Shown in pieces: positions 53,840 to 63,319 of a DNA stretch of 64,000 nt. Every line of letters starts with the position of its first letter. Positions within the stretch are counted from its first letter, which is position 1. The stretch spans positions 4,808-68,807 of the forward strand of contig JAUQOS010000002.1 of assembly GCA_030550775.1 (NCBI GenBank). Reading direction: 5' to 3'. The notes beneath the pieces were generated by a model, which saw nothing but the letters and a program-made list of their open reading frames with translations, was not told the origin of the DNA and searched no databases. A program made the position numbers and the translations under genes. Source of the stretch: Armatimonadota bacterium (lineage in GTDB: Bacteria > Armatimonadota > Fimbriimonadia > Fimbriimonadales > GBS-DC).

Positions 53840-55024
53840 ATGGAAACGGGAATGGAACGCCAGCTGGAGATTTACCGTAAGGGCTTGTTCGGCATGCCCG
53901 AAAACTTTCCTGTGGATTACGCGGAGTTGGAGGCGCGTGCACGCGCCGCGCTCAAACCCGAAGCGTTTGACTATGTAGCGGGCAGCGCAGGCACCGAACA
54001 AACCGCCGATGCGAACCGCCGCGAGTTCGACAAATGGCGCATCGTGCCACGCTTTTTGCGCGATGTAGCGCAGCGTGACTGGAGCCTTGAGCTGTTTGGA
54101 CATCGCTACCCCGCGCCGATTTATGTGGCGCCCGTGGGCGTGCAGGGCATTTTGCATCCGGAGGGGGAGTTAGCCACTGCCCGCGCGTGCGCCAAGCTGG
54201 GCGTGCTGTTTATGCTTAGCACGGTATCATCGTATGCCATCGAGCAGGTGGCGGAGGCGATGGGCAACGCCCCCCGCTGGTTCCAACTCTATTGGAGTCG
54301 CAATCACGAGGTGGCAGCCAGTTTCGTGCGTCGCGCCGAAGCAGCGGGCTACGGCGCGATTGTGGTCACGGTGGATACCTCCATGCTGGCGTGGCGCCCG
54401 CGCGACCTCAAACACGGCTACCTGCCGTTTATGCACGGGCAAGGGCTGGCAAACTACTTCACGGACCCTGTGTTCCGCTCGTTGCTCAGCGCGCCCCCCG
54501 AAGAAGACCCCGGCAGCGCAGTCATGCAGTTTGCCGCGATTTTCGGCAACCCCAGCCTCACTTGGGACGACTTGGCGTTTCTGCGCGAGCAAACTAAGCT
54601 GCCCATCCTGCTCAAAGGGCTGCTGCACCCCGATGACGCACGCGAGGCGGTGCGTCGAGGCATAGACGGCATTATCGTCTCCAACCACGGGGGCAGACAA
54701 GTAGACGGCGCAATCGCTGCCTTGGATGCGCTCTATCACATCGCCCGCGCCGTGGGCGACCAAGTGCCCGTGTTGTTTGACAGCGGCATTCGCACAGGTT
54801 CCGACGCGCTCAAAGCGTTGGCGCTGGGCGCGCGCATGGTGGGCTTGGGCAGACCTGTGATGTGGGCGTTAGCGATTGATGGTGAGCAGGGCGTGCATAC
54901 CTACCTGCGCAACTTCCTCGCCGACTTCGACCTGACGCTCGCCCTCACGGGACACCGCACCCTGAGTGATATTCGCCCAGAGTTGCTTTGGCGCACCGAA
55001 GAACCGCCCGAACCCATCGACTAA
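53840..55024 (+). CDS. FMN-dependent alpha-hydroxy-acid oxidase/dehydrogenase (lactate oxidase/LldD family)
   Basis: 394 aa. ..PIYVAPVG.., SNHGGRQVDG and LGRP..W are family signatures. A TATAAT at 53790-53795 precedes a leader with GGAGGGG SD. Confidence 0.86.
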   Translation: METGMERQLEIYRKGLFGMPENFPVDYAELEARARAALKPEAFDYVAGSAGTEQTADANRREFDKWRIVPRFLRDVAQRDWSLELFGHRYPAPIYVAPVGVQGILHPEGELATARACAKLGVLFMLSTVSSYAIEQVAEAMGNAPRWFQLYWSRNHEVAASFVRRAEAAGYGAIVVTVDTSMLAWRPRDLKHGYLPFMHGQGLANYFTDPVFRSLLSAPPEEDPGSAVMQFAAIFGNPSLTWDDLAFLREQTKLPILLKGLLHPDDAREAVRRGIDGIIVSNHGGRQVDGAIAALDALYHIARAVGDQVPVLFDSGIRTGSDALKALALGARMVGLGRPVMWALAIDGEQGVHTYLRNFLADFDLTLALTGHRTLSDIRPELLWRTEEPPEPID

Positions 55025-55054
55025 CGGCTGCCCTCAGCGGGTAGAATTGCAGAG

Positions 55055-55471
55055 ATGGTCTACTCTGGTCGGTTCACGGTTGCCACGCGGGGCAACGACG
55101 ATATATGCGACATCACAGGGTTGGTGGAGCAAGCCATTCTCGAAAGCGGCGTGGTGAACGGGATTGCCACCGTGTTTGTGGTTGGCTCCACCGCCGCTAT
55201 TACTACCATTGAGTACGAGCCAGGTTTGGCGCAAGATATGAAAGCGGCGCTGGAGCGGGTGGCGCCACGCGATGCCTACTATGCCCACGAAGCCCGCTGG
55301 CACGACGATAACGGGCACTCCCACATCCGCGCCTCGCTGTTAGGACCGTCGCTAACCGTGCCCGTTGTGAATGGGCGCATGACGCTGGGCGCATGGCAAC
55401 AGATAGTGCTGATAGACTTCGACACGCGCCCACGCTCGCGCACCATCCATGTGCAAATTTTAGGCGAATAG
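55055..55471 (+). CDS. yjbQ: YjbQ/UPF0047 family protein (secondary thiamine-phosphate synthase family)
   Basis: 138 aa. DIT..V......SG...G...VFV.GSTAAITTIEYEPG...D......AP......H......NGHSH....LLGPS..VPV..G...LG.WQQI.L. Confidence 0.86.
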   Translation: MVYSGRFTVATRGNDDICDITGLVEQAILESGVVNGIATVFVVGSTAAITTIEYEPGLAQDMKAALERVAPRDAYYAHEARWHDDNGHSHIRASLLGPSLTVPVVNGRMTLGAWQQIVLIDFDTRPRSRTIHVQILGE

Positions 55472-55575
55472 CCCCAAAACCCGAAAAGTTGGCAGGTAGG
55501 AAATCCCCGAATTTTGCGTATACATAGGTAGAACACCCGCGCGTGGAGGGGGTTCTAAGAGGTAGGTGAGTTCGG

Positions 55576-56421
55576 GTGCGACTGGGGATACTCTTACTAT
55601 GCCTGCTGGGGTCGTTGCTTTATCAGGGATACTGGCACGAGCCGAACTTTTTGACCGCTCACGCAACGCCTGCGCCGAAGCCCCGGGCTGCCAGCGGCAG
55701 CGAGTCGGTGACTTTGCTCTTTCGCAAGGTGAACGGCATTCCTGTGCGCTATGTGGTAGCGGATTTGAGCAATCCGCGGGTGCGTGTGGGGGTCGTTACC
55801 GCGCGCCGCTTGGGGCAAGATGAGTCGGTATGGGAGTTGCTGGCACGGGCGCGCCCCACCGCTGCCGTCACGGGCACCTACTTCAGCACTGCCAGCAAGT
55901 TGCCTGTGGGCGATATCGTGCTGGAAGGCGAGCGTGTGCACTTTGGGGGCGTGGGCACAGCGTTGTGCATTACCTACGACAACCAAGTGCGCTTTGTGCG
56001 CCAGCGGCTCCATCGGCAACACGATTGGAGCGAGTACCGAATGGTGCTGGGGGCGGGTCCACGCCTACTGCAGAAAGGACAAGTGATGCTGTATCCACCC
56101 GGCGAAGGCTTCCGCGATAAGCGCGTATACGCACGGGGCAAGCGCGTGGCAGTAGGCGTCACGCCCCAGAACAAGTTGCTAATGGCGGTAGTGGAAAAGC
56201 CCATTACGCTGCGCCAACTGGCGCACCTGATGCGCGCACTCGGCGCCACAGATGCCATCGCCTTAGACGGCGGCGGCTCCACCTGCCTGTACTACCGACG
56301 CCAGCTCAAAGTGCTGCCTAAACGCCGCCTCACCAACCTGTTGGTGGTCTACGAAGACAGCACAGAGTACGAGGCGCGCGTGAGCCACCTCAAGCCGCTC
56401 AACCGCTACGCGCAGCGGTAA
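55576..56421 (+). CDS. Phosphodiester glycosidase family (DUF2233/NAGPA-like) secreted protein
   Basis: 281 aa with a signal/anchor segment. TGTYF...S..PVGDIV.EG, GAGPRLL..G and the ALDGGGST ending pattern. Confidence 0.72.
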   Translation: MRLGILLLCLLGSLLYQGYWHEPNFLTAHATPAPKPRAASGSESVTLLFRKVNGIPVRYVVADLSNPRVRVGVVTARRLGQDESVWELLARARPTAAVTGTYFSTASKLPVGDIVLEGERVHFGGVGTALCITYDNQVRFVRQRLHRQHDWSEYRMVLGAGPRLLQKGQVMLYPPGEGFRDKRVYARGKRVAVGVTPQNKLLMAVVEKPITLRQLAHLMRALGATDAIALDGGGSTCLYYRRQLKVLPKRRLTNLLVVYEDSTEYEARVSHLKPLNRYAQR

Positions 56422-57643
56422 ATGGCTCCACCAAGTGCAGCGCCAACTCCTTCATAAAGAAGTGGCAGTCGGTGACTATCGGGAAGGTTTGGTGGGTGCC
56501 CCGATCGGTGAGCTTGATCACGGTGTCGGCGTCGTTGTCGACGCAGAAGACGCGCACCGAGGCGGGCAGCAGATTGCCTGTCGCCACCGAATGGAGTGTG
56601 GTCGCCACCATAATCGCCACGCCCACACCGGGGATATGGGCGCGCATGGCATCTTGCGCTTCCAGTACATCGGTAATCACTTCGGGCAGGGGACCGTCAT
56701 CGCGGATGCTACCCGCCAACACAAAAGGCACATTGTGCTTGATGCAGGTGTACATCACGCCTTTGGTAAGCACGCCTGCTTCAACGGCTTGCCTTAGCCC
56801 GCCCAGCAGCCGTATCTTGTTGATGGCGCGGATGTGGTGCTGGTGTCCGTGTACTACGGGGGCGCCCAGATCCAGCGACACGCCCAGTGAAGTGCCGTAG
56901 AGTGCCGATTCCACATCGTGGGCAGCCAGCGCGTTGCCCGCAAACAGCACATCAATCCAGCCGTTGCGGATGAGCTGTTCCAAGTAAGGACCTGCGCCCG
57001 TGTGGATGATGGCGGGCCCGCCCACAAACAGCACTTTTTCGCCGCGCGCTTTGGCTTTGCGCACCTCTTCGGCGACGCCGCGCACCGCACGCTCTTTGGG
57101 CTTCTCCGACGAAACATCGCTGCCCATAAAGGCGAACACCGAGGTGGGGTCGCGTCGCTCAGGCGGCGTGACACGAATGCCTTCGTGTCCAACCACAATT
57201 AAGTCGCCTTTTTTTACACGCGCCATTGGAACCGTCGCTGCGCGCCAGTGCCCATCCTCGTGCCACACGCGGATACCGCAGTCCATCTCAATGTTTTCCA
57301 CAGGGATCCAACGGTGGTGTACTCGCACAAAGGTTTCCAAGTTGGTGGTGGAATAGAAATCTTCGGGGAACGCGCCGTCGATGGGGGCAGGCTCTAAGTG
57401 GGCGTCGGCGTGAGCGAAGTACGCGCCGTGTTGTTGGACCTCTTGCAGCACGCGCTCCAGCAGTTCCTCCGTTTCAGCCTCCACTAAGATGTCAAACTTG
57501 CTTGGCTCGGTACGCGTGTGTCCGATTTTGGCATGGCGTACCTCGTAGCGCACGCCCTCGTAGGAAGCCAGAATGTCCAACACTTTGGAAAGCGTAAGCG
57601 AGTCGATGACATGCCCTTCCAAGTGGATGATTTCCGACGGCAT
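56399..57643 (-). CDS. LOR/SDH-domain TIGR00300-family protein (ornithine cyclodeaminase-like, putative)
   Basis: 414 aa. The N-terminal ACT-like segment (GHVIDS.TLSKVLD.I) and the C-terminal region resemble the archaeal/cyanobacterial TIGR00300 family. Function is inferred only by family. GGAGG SD upstream. Confidence 0.65.
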   Translation of the reverse strand: MPSEIIHLEGHVIDSLTLSKVLDILASYEGVRYEVRHAKIGHTRTEPSKFDILVEAETEELLERVLQEVQQHGAYFAHADAHLEPAPIDGAFPEDFYSTTNLETFVRVHHRWIPVENIEMDCGIRVWHEDGHWRAATVPMARVKKGDLIVVGHEGIRVTPPERRDPTSVFAFMGSDVSSEKPKERAVRGVAEEVRKAKARGEKVLFVGGPAIIHTGAGPYLEQLIRNGWIDVLFAGNALAAHDVESALYGTSLGVSLDLGAPVVHGHQHHIRAINKIRLLGGLRQAVEAGVLTKGVMYTCIKHNVPFVLAGSIRDDGPLPEVITDVLEAQDAMRAHIPGVGVAIMVATTLHSVATGNLLPASVRVFCVDNDADTVIKLTDRGTHQTFPIVTDCHFFMKELALHLVEPFTAARSG

Positions 57644-57672
57644 CGTCTGTCAGCCTCCGCGTAAGATTGTAC

Positions 57673-60216
57673 CTATCGCGTGCTGATGACGGCGTTGAGT
57701 TGGGGGTAGGCATCGGGGCTGATTTTGCGCCCGTGAGCGTCGGTGCAGTAGAAACTCAGCACGGCGCGTCCGGCCCAAAGCCCAAATCGCGCGCTGTGAA
57801 TGTTCCAACCGATTTGCGAGAGCGCGTGGGCGGCGCGGTAGAGCGCGCCTAACTCGGGTGCCGTATGCAGGTCAACCACAGTGTAGGCATCGGAGGCGTC
57901 GTGGTGGATTTGGAGTTGGCTTACTTGCAGGGGCGCGTCGGGGTCTTTGCCGTGCTCGCGCAGCAGGTCGTCGACGGCGCGTTCGCCCAGCAGCACTTGG
58001 CGCAGGGCGCGCTCCAACACCGCGCACTGATTGGGCGAGAGCGGGCGCGAGCGGATGGTAATGCCCAGAGTGTCCAGCGCGACGCGCGGCGTATCCTCGC
58101 GGGTAAGTACGCGCGCCCACGCCACCTCCACCTCATAAGCGTACAGCACGCCCGCGATTTTGCTCAGCAAGCCCGGCTTGGGGTCATCAAAAGTGCAGAG
58201 GGTCAGCTCGGTGTAGGGCTGCTCGGGTGGCTGATGGAACTCCACGACGGGGCCTTCGCCTGCGCGCACACGCTCGATGTAGTGGATATGCAAGCTAATC
58301 TGTTCAGGTGGCGTGTTGAGCAGATAGCCCGAAGGCATCTGCTCGATATGCGCCTCAATCAGTCGTTCGGGGATGGGGTGTTTGGCGAGGGCGCGCAGCA
58401 GGCGTTGGCGGGCGAGGCTGCGTGCGGGCACCTCTTCGGGCAGCCCCTCTTCCAGGGCGCGCAAGCTACGCCGATACAACTCTTTGAGGAAGCTGGCTTG
58501 GGCAGCTGTCCAGATGCGCTCGCCCACAGCTTGCGTGTCGGCGCAGGTGAGCAAATAAAGCATTTGCAGCCGTTCGGGGGTGTTCACGATGCGGGTGAAC
58601 TCGCGGATGGTTTCGGGCAGTTGCAGGTCGCGCTGGCGCGCAGTTTGTGCCATCAGCAAGTGATGGCGTACTAAAAACTCCACTTCAGCGATTTCGCTCT
58701 CGCTCCAGCCGATTGCTGCAAGGCTGTTGCGGGCGATATCCGCGCCTGCCTCGGCGTGAGGGCGGGTAGGGTCAGCTTTGCCTGCATCGTGCAGCAGCAG
58801 CGCCATATAAAGCAACTCTGGTGCGGGCAGCTGCTCTAAGATGGTGTGCCACAGAGGGTCGCCCTCGCCGCGAGCGTAGCTGTCCAACAGGCGAATGGCT
58901 TGCAGGGTGTGCTCGCCGACGGTGAACTCGTGGGTGGGGTCGCCCGCTTGCAGGGGCATCAGCGATGCAAAGGGTGGGAACGCCCAGCCCAGCACGCCCA
59001 ATCGTGCCATCGGCTCCAACACGCGGTAGACCTCGCCGGGGCGGCGCAATAGCTCGCGCAGCGTGTTACCGACGGTGTGCGGGTCGGGCGGGGCATCGGC
59101 AGGGGTTTCCAGCCGCGCCTCAATCGCACGGCTCAGCCCCAGCTGATAGCGTTGCGCCAGTAGGAAGCACAACAGTCGCCATTCGGGTGGCTCGCGGTCT
59201 AGGGCGGGGGCGGGCACGATTTGCCGATTAACGCTATCCAGCCCGACGCCCAGCACGAGCGGCGCGTTCACAAGCCGTTCAATACCACGCTCGGTGAGGC
59301 GGGCGTGGTCGGCAAGCGCGGTGTAAACCTCGCGCATCATCGCGCTGCGCTCTACGCCCAGCCGCTCCGCTAACTCGTTTTGTTTGGGCAAGGTGAGCAC
59401 TTCGCGTGCCTCGCCGCTAATCGCGTGCAGCAGGGCGCGATAGCGTTGCAGGGTGCGGGTGGCATGTTGCAGCGCATCGGCTTCAGCTTGCGAAAGGATG
59501 CCTTCTGCGACCAAGGTGGGCAACACTTGGGTGTGAGGCACGCTAAAGTGGGCTTGCGCCATCCAATCAAGGGTATGGCGGTCGCGCAGCCCGCCGCGCC
59601 CCTCTTTGAGGTCAGGTGTAGCGCGCATGATGCCCTCGCCCAACTTCGCCCAGCGGGCTTGACATTCGCGGTAGCGCTCCAGCGTGAAGCCCGTGGGGTC
59701 TAAACTGTGCCAGAATCGCTGGCTGAACGCTTCCACAAGCTCGGAGTCGCCCTCAATCAGGCGCATTTCCAGCAGCCCCGTGCGCGTTTTGTGGTCTAAG
59801 GTATCGCAGTCGTCCATCAGGCGATAAGCGTAGCCCACTTTGAGTTTAGCGTCGGTGTAAAACACCTGCATCAGGGCGTGGAACAATCGCTTGACGAGCC
59901 GCTCGGTGAACGGGTCGCCTTCCTGAGCGGGCACAAAGGTGATATCAATATCGGAGTAGGGGGCGAGTTCGCGTCTGCCGTAGCCGCCTGTAGCAAACAG
60001 AGCGAGTGGATTGCGAGGAGGCGAGGGCACTTCTTGAGCGGCTTGCACCCACGCGCGGCGGAACAAGGCACGCAGCGTGTTATCTAGTACGGTCGCGTAC
60101 TGTTCCATCCACGCCTCTATCGGCACGCTTGGGTCAAACAGCGCGTCGGTAAGGTGTCGCCGCGCCACAATCAGCTGCTGCGCGATGGTTTCGCAGCCCT
60201 CCACGATGCCTTGCAT
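57673..60216 (-). CDS. glnD: [Protein-PII] uridylyltransferase/uridylyl-removing enzyme
   Basis: 847 aa. Nucleotidyltransferase motif ATGGYGRRELAPYSDIDI, HD domain (LLLHDAGK) and two C-terminal ACT-like regions. TACACT lies 9 nt upstream of the ATG with no SD. Confidence 0.86.
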   Translation of the reverse strand: MQGIVEGCETIAQQLIVARRHLTDALFDPSVPIEAWMEQYATVLDNTLRALFRRAWVQAAQEVPSPPRNPLALFATGGYGRRELAPYSDIDITFVPAQEGDPFTERLVKRLFHALMQVFYTDAKLKVGYAYRLMDDCDTLDHKTRTGLLEMRLIEGDSELVEAFSQRFWHSLDPTGFTLERYRECQARWAKLGEGIMRATPDLKEGRGGLRDRHTLDWMAQAHFSVPHTQVLPTLVAEGILSQAEADALQHATRTLQRYRALLHAISGEAREVLTLPKQNELAERLGVERSAMMREVYTALADHARLTERGIERLVNAPLVLGVGLDSVNRQIVPAPALDREPPEWRLLCFLLAQRYQLGLSRAIEARLETPADAPPDPHTVGNTLRELLRRPGEVYRVLEPMARLGVLGWAFPPFASLMPLQAGDPTHEFTVGEHTLQAIRLLDSYARGEGDPLWHTILEQLPAPELLYMALLLHDAGKADPTRPHAEAGADIARNSLAAIGWSESEIAEVEFLVRHHLLMAQTARQRDLQLPETIREFTRIVNTPERLQMLYLLTCADTQAVGERIWTAAQASFLKELYRRSLRALEEGLPEEVPARSLARQRLLRALAKHPIPERLIEAHIEQMPSGYLLNTPPEQISLHIHYIERVRAGEGPVVEFHQPPEQPYTELTLCTFDDPKPGLLSKIAGVLYAYEVEVAWARVLTREDTPRVALDTLGITIRSRPLSPNQCAVLERALRQVLLGERAVDDLLREHGKDPDAPLQVSQLQIHHDASDAYTVVDLHTAPELGALYRAAHALSQIGWNIHSARFGLWAGRAVLSFYCTDAHGRKISPDAYPQLNAVISTR

Positions 60217-60269
60217 TCACGATGGAGTGTACCCCAGCGCGCCATGTTGAGCCATGTTGCTTGGTGTGT

Positions 60270-60481
60270 GAGATTCCTCGCTTCGCTCGGAATGACAAGG
60301 GTTGGCTCCAGTGCGTCACCCCGAGCGCAGCGAGGGGTCTCGACGATGTGTTGGTTTGTCACCCCGAGCGCAGCGAGGGGTCTCGGCATGCCCTGCCAGA
60401 GATTCCTCGCCTTCGGCTCGGAATGACAGGCTTACTTTTCGCCTCCATAGTTCTGTCATTCCGAGCGCAGCGAGGAATCTC
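60270..60481. repeat. Cluster B of hairpin repeats (5 copies), between metK and glnD
   Basis: 60270-60297 (R), 60315-60342 (F, CACCCC..GGGGT variant), 60358-60385 (F, identical to the previous copy, 43-nt period), 60399-60429 (R), 60454-60481 (F). Confidence 0.85.
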
Positions 60482-60510
60482 ACTCGCTCAAAACAGATGA
60501 GCGGCTCGGG

Positions 60511-61647
60511 TTATGCTAAGTCGGCAAACAGCGACACTGAGTCGCGATGCTCCCAACGAAAGCTGGGGTGCCCAAAGTGCCCATTTTTGGCAGTGGGCAG
60601 GTATTGTGGCTTCTGCAAATCCAGGAACTGAATAATGCCGCGCGGGCTGAGGTCAAACGATTCCTGAATGCGCTTGACGATTTTGGCAGGGTCTACCTTG
60701 TGGGTGCCGAAGGTTTCCAGCAGCAGCGACACGGGCTGTGCCACGCCGATGGCGTAGGAGATTTGCAGCTCTACCTTGTCGGCCAGCCCCGCTGCCACGA
60801 TGTTTTTGGCTAAGTAGCGTGCCATATATGCAGCCGAGCGATCCACTTTGGTAGGGTCTTTACCTGAGAACGCACCCCCGCCATGACGGCAGTAGCCACC
60901 GTAGGTATCCACGATGACTTTGCGCCCCGTCACACCCGTGTCGGCTTGCGGACCACCCAGCACGAACACGCCCGTTGGGTTCACATAGTAGTGTTTAGCA
61001 TTGATGTCTACGCGGTCGGCGAATCGCTCCAGCACAGGCTTGATTACATATTCCAGCACGCGCTCGCGCACTTCCGCTTGGCTCAAGTGGGGCTCGTGCT
61101 GGGCGGAGATGACCACGGTATCAATCGCTTTCGGGATGCCGTTTTCGTAGAGCACGGTTACTTGCGACTTGCCATCGGGGCGGAAGCCGAGTTCGGGGTT
61201 CGCTTTACGCACCTCGGCGAGTTGACGCGTCAGCGCGTGGGCAATCGTAATAGGCAGCGGCATCAGCTCGGGGGTTTCGGTGCAAGCAAAGCCGAACATC
61301 ATGCCCTGATCGCCCGCCCCACCGATATCCACGCCCCGACTAATGTCGGGCGACTGCTTCTGGAGCGCAACCATCACCCCGCACGAGTCGCCCTCGAATC
61401 CGTACTCAGTTTTCGTGTAGCCGACCTCGTTGATGGTGCGACGCACAACGTCGGGGATGTCGAGATGCGCGTGGGTAGTAACCTCGCCAGCAATGACCGC
61501 CAAGCCCCGCGTCAGCAGAGTTTCCACCGCAACGCGCGATTGCGAATCTTGACGCAAGCACTCATCTAAAATCGCATCGCTAATCTGATCTGCCAGCTTG
61601 TCTGGATGCCCTTCCGTCACGCTTTCCGAAGTAAACGGTTGCAGCAT
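60511..61647 (-). CDS. metK: S-adenosylmethionine synthetase
   Basis: 378 aa. [24 protein letters not shown] and [19 protein letters not shown] are canonical MetK motifs. GAGGAGG SD upstream. Confidence 0.95.
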   Translation of the reverse strand: MLQPFTSESVTEGHPDKLADQISDAILDECLRQDSQSRVAVETLLTRGLAVIAGEVTTHAHLDIPDVVRRTINEVGYTKTEYGFEGDSCGVMVALQKQSPDISRGVDIGGAGDQGMMFGFACTETPELMPLPITIAHALTRQLAEVRKANPELGFRPDGKSQVTVLYENGIPKAIDTVVISAQHEPHLSQAEVRERVLEYVIKPVLERFADRVDINAKHYYVNPTGVFVLGGPQADTGVTGRKVIVDTYGGYCRHGGGAFSGKDPTKVDRSAAYMARYLAKNIVAAGLADKVELQISYAIGVAQPVSLLLETFGTHKVDPAKIVKRIQESFDLSPRGIIQFLDLQKPQYLPTAKNGHFGHPSFRWEHRDSVSLFADLA

Positions 61648-61719
61648 CTATTTGCCTCCTCTAATGTTGTTAGGTATTACGCTACGCCCCACGTAGTCGA
61701 TGGGCAGCTGCTTAGGGGT

Positions 61720-61725
61720 ATTATA
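61720..61725 (-). promoter_or_regulatory. -10 TATAAT upstream of metK
   Basis: Minus strand reads CGCGGTATAATACCCC, about 70 nt before the metK ATG. The -35 is weak. Confidence 0.45.
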
Positions 61726-61775
61726 CCGCGTTTTGAGGCTGTTTGAGCATCCTTAGCATCTGTCACAGTCGTAGC

Positions 61776-61916
61776 GTCGGCGGGGACGCCGACGAAAGCC
61801 CTCGCTACACTCGGAATGACAAGACTCCCACGCAAATATGCTTGTCATTCCAAGCCGAAGGCGAGGAGTCTCTGGCAGGGCATGCTTGAGACCCCTCGCT
61901 GCGCTTGGGGTGACAG
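61776..61916. repeat. Cluster C of hairpin repeats between divergent metK and thiD
   Basis: GTCGGCG-GGGA-CGCCGAC hairpin at 61776-61793. Repeat copies at 61797-61821 (R), 61843-61872 (F) and 61888-61916 (R, GGGGT..CACCCC variant). 61841-61916 is the inverted counterpart of 60358-60429. Confidence 0.85.
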
Positions 61917-62020
61917 GCTTTGTAGGGAGTCTCATCGTAGGTGGCAATCTGGGTTATGGATTGGCCTCCTGCAATCTCTGGCACTTCACACATAGGGTGT
62001 ATGGTAAAATCTCATCTGCC

Positions 62021-62812
62021 ATGCGTAAGGCACTAACGATCGCAGGTTCCGATTCTGGAGCAGGGGCGGGCATCCAAGCTGATTTGAAAACTTTTGCGGC
62101 GTTGGGCGTATACGGCACCAGCGCGATTACTGCCCTCACTGCGCAAAACACAGTTGGCGTGCAAGCAGTGTTCCCCGTGGCACCCGAGTTTGTGGGGCAG
62201 CAGATCGATTCGGTGATGAGCGATATCGGCGCCGATGCCGCGAAAACGGGCATGCTGTTCAGCGCGGAGATTATTGAGGTTGTGGCTGCGCGCGTGCGCC
62301 ACTGGAACATTGAGAAGTTAGTGGTAGACCCCGTGATGGTTGCCAAAAGTGGCGACCGTCTGCTGCAGGAGGAAGCGATCGACGCGCTCAAGCGCGAAAT
62401 CATACCGCTGGCGTATGTGATTACGCCCAACTTGGGCGAGGCGAGCGTGTTAGCAGGTTTTGAGGTGAGCGACCGCCACACGATGGAGGAGGCAGCTCGC
62501 GCCATTCACGCGCTGGGGGCGAAGTTCGTGGTGGTCAAGGGCGGGCATCTGCCCGACCGCGCCGACGATGTGGTCTACGATGGCTCCGCCTTCCACTGGC
62601 TGCCTGCCGAGCATATTGACACGCCCCACACGCACGGCACGGGGTGCACCTTCTCGGCGGCGATTGCCGCGCTGTTGGCGAAGGGCTATGCCCCGTTAGA
62701 GGCGATCGCTCGCGCTAAAGATTACCTAACGGCGGCTCTGCGCACCGCCTACGCAGTGGGCAAGGGGCACGGACCTGTGCATCACTTCCACGCTTACTAC
62801 CCGCCGAGCTAA
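62021..62812 (+). CDS. thiD: Hydroxymethylpyrimidine/phosphomethylpyrimidine kinase
   Basis: 263 aa from MRKALTIAGSDSGAGAGIQADLKTF.A.GVYG.S.ITA.TAQNT, with C-terminal GTGCTFSAAIAA. TAAAAT lies 10 nt upstream of the ATG with no SD. The track ORF from 61838 runs through repeats and was rejected. Confidence 0.88.
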   Translation: MRKALTIAGSDSGAGAGIQADLKTFAALGVYGTSAITALTAQNTVGVQAVFPVAPEFVGQQIDSVMSDIGADAAKTGMLFSAEIIEVVAARVRHWNIEKLVVDPVMVAKSGDRLLQEEAIDALKREIIPLAYVITPNLGEASVLAGFEVSDRHTMEEAARAIHALGAKFVVVKGGHLPDRADDVVYDGSAFHWLPAEHIDTPHTHGTGCTFSAAIAALLAKGYAPLEAIARAKDYLTAALRTAYAVGKGHGPVHHFHAYYPPS

Positions 62813-62830
62813 GTAGCTACGGTACACCTT

Positions 62831-63316
62831 TCAGGGCTGGTGGGGCAAGCGTGGCCACAGCAGCTCCACCGCTTCGTGAGCGTTGTGGGCGGTCAGCACC
62901 TCCACTGGCTCGCCCGCGATGTGGAACTGCCAGCTATCCAGCAGCACCACGGGCTTGCCCATGCGCAGTCCCAGCGCGATTTCGGAGAGCGTGCCGTAGC
63001 CCCCGCCGATGGCAATCAGCCCCTCGCTGGCGCACGCAATGAGATAATTGCGCCCCTCCCGCATGCCTGTGAACAGAGCGATTTCAATGAACTCGTTCGG
63101 GGGCGATTCGTAGGCGTTGGCGCCGGGCATAATCCCGATGGTTAGTCCGCCTGCCTCGCGCGCACCTTGAGCCGCTGCTTGCATCACGCCCGTCATGCCG
63201 CCGCACAACAACACTGCGCCGCGCTGCGCCAGCAGTTGCCCCACCTCGTAAGCAAGGCGCAACTGCGCCTCCGTCCCCCTCGAGCTGCCCACCACGCCAA
63301 TCAATCGCCGTCGCAT
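62831..63316 (-). CDS. LOG/TIGR00725 family protein (Rossmann-fold nucleotide-binding, lysine-decarboxylase-like)
   Basis: 161 aa. IGVVGSS......L.A.E.G..LA..G..L.CGG..GVM.AA..GA...GG..IGI.P and GGYGTLSE. Confidence 0.78.
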   Translation of the reverse strand: MRRRLIGVVGSSRGTEAQLRLAYEVGQLLAQRGAVLLCGGMTGVMQAAAQGAREAGGLTIGIMPGANAYESPPNEFIEIALFTGMREGRNYLIACASEGLIAIGGGYGTLSEIALGLRMGKPVVLLDSWQFHIAGEPVEVLTAHNAHEAVELLWPRLPHQP

Positions 63317-63319
63317 AGG

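Noticed and set aside
60270-60481. Possible CRISPR array, because of regularly recurring ~27-nt repeats (two identical copies 43 nt apart).
   Set aside because: The repeats alternate in orientation. Spacing is irregular (15-45 nt). The copies belong to several diverged subfamilies and recur at two other loci. No cas genes or leader are present. This is REP/BIME-like rather than CRISPR.
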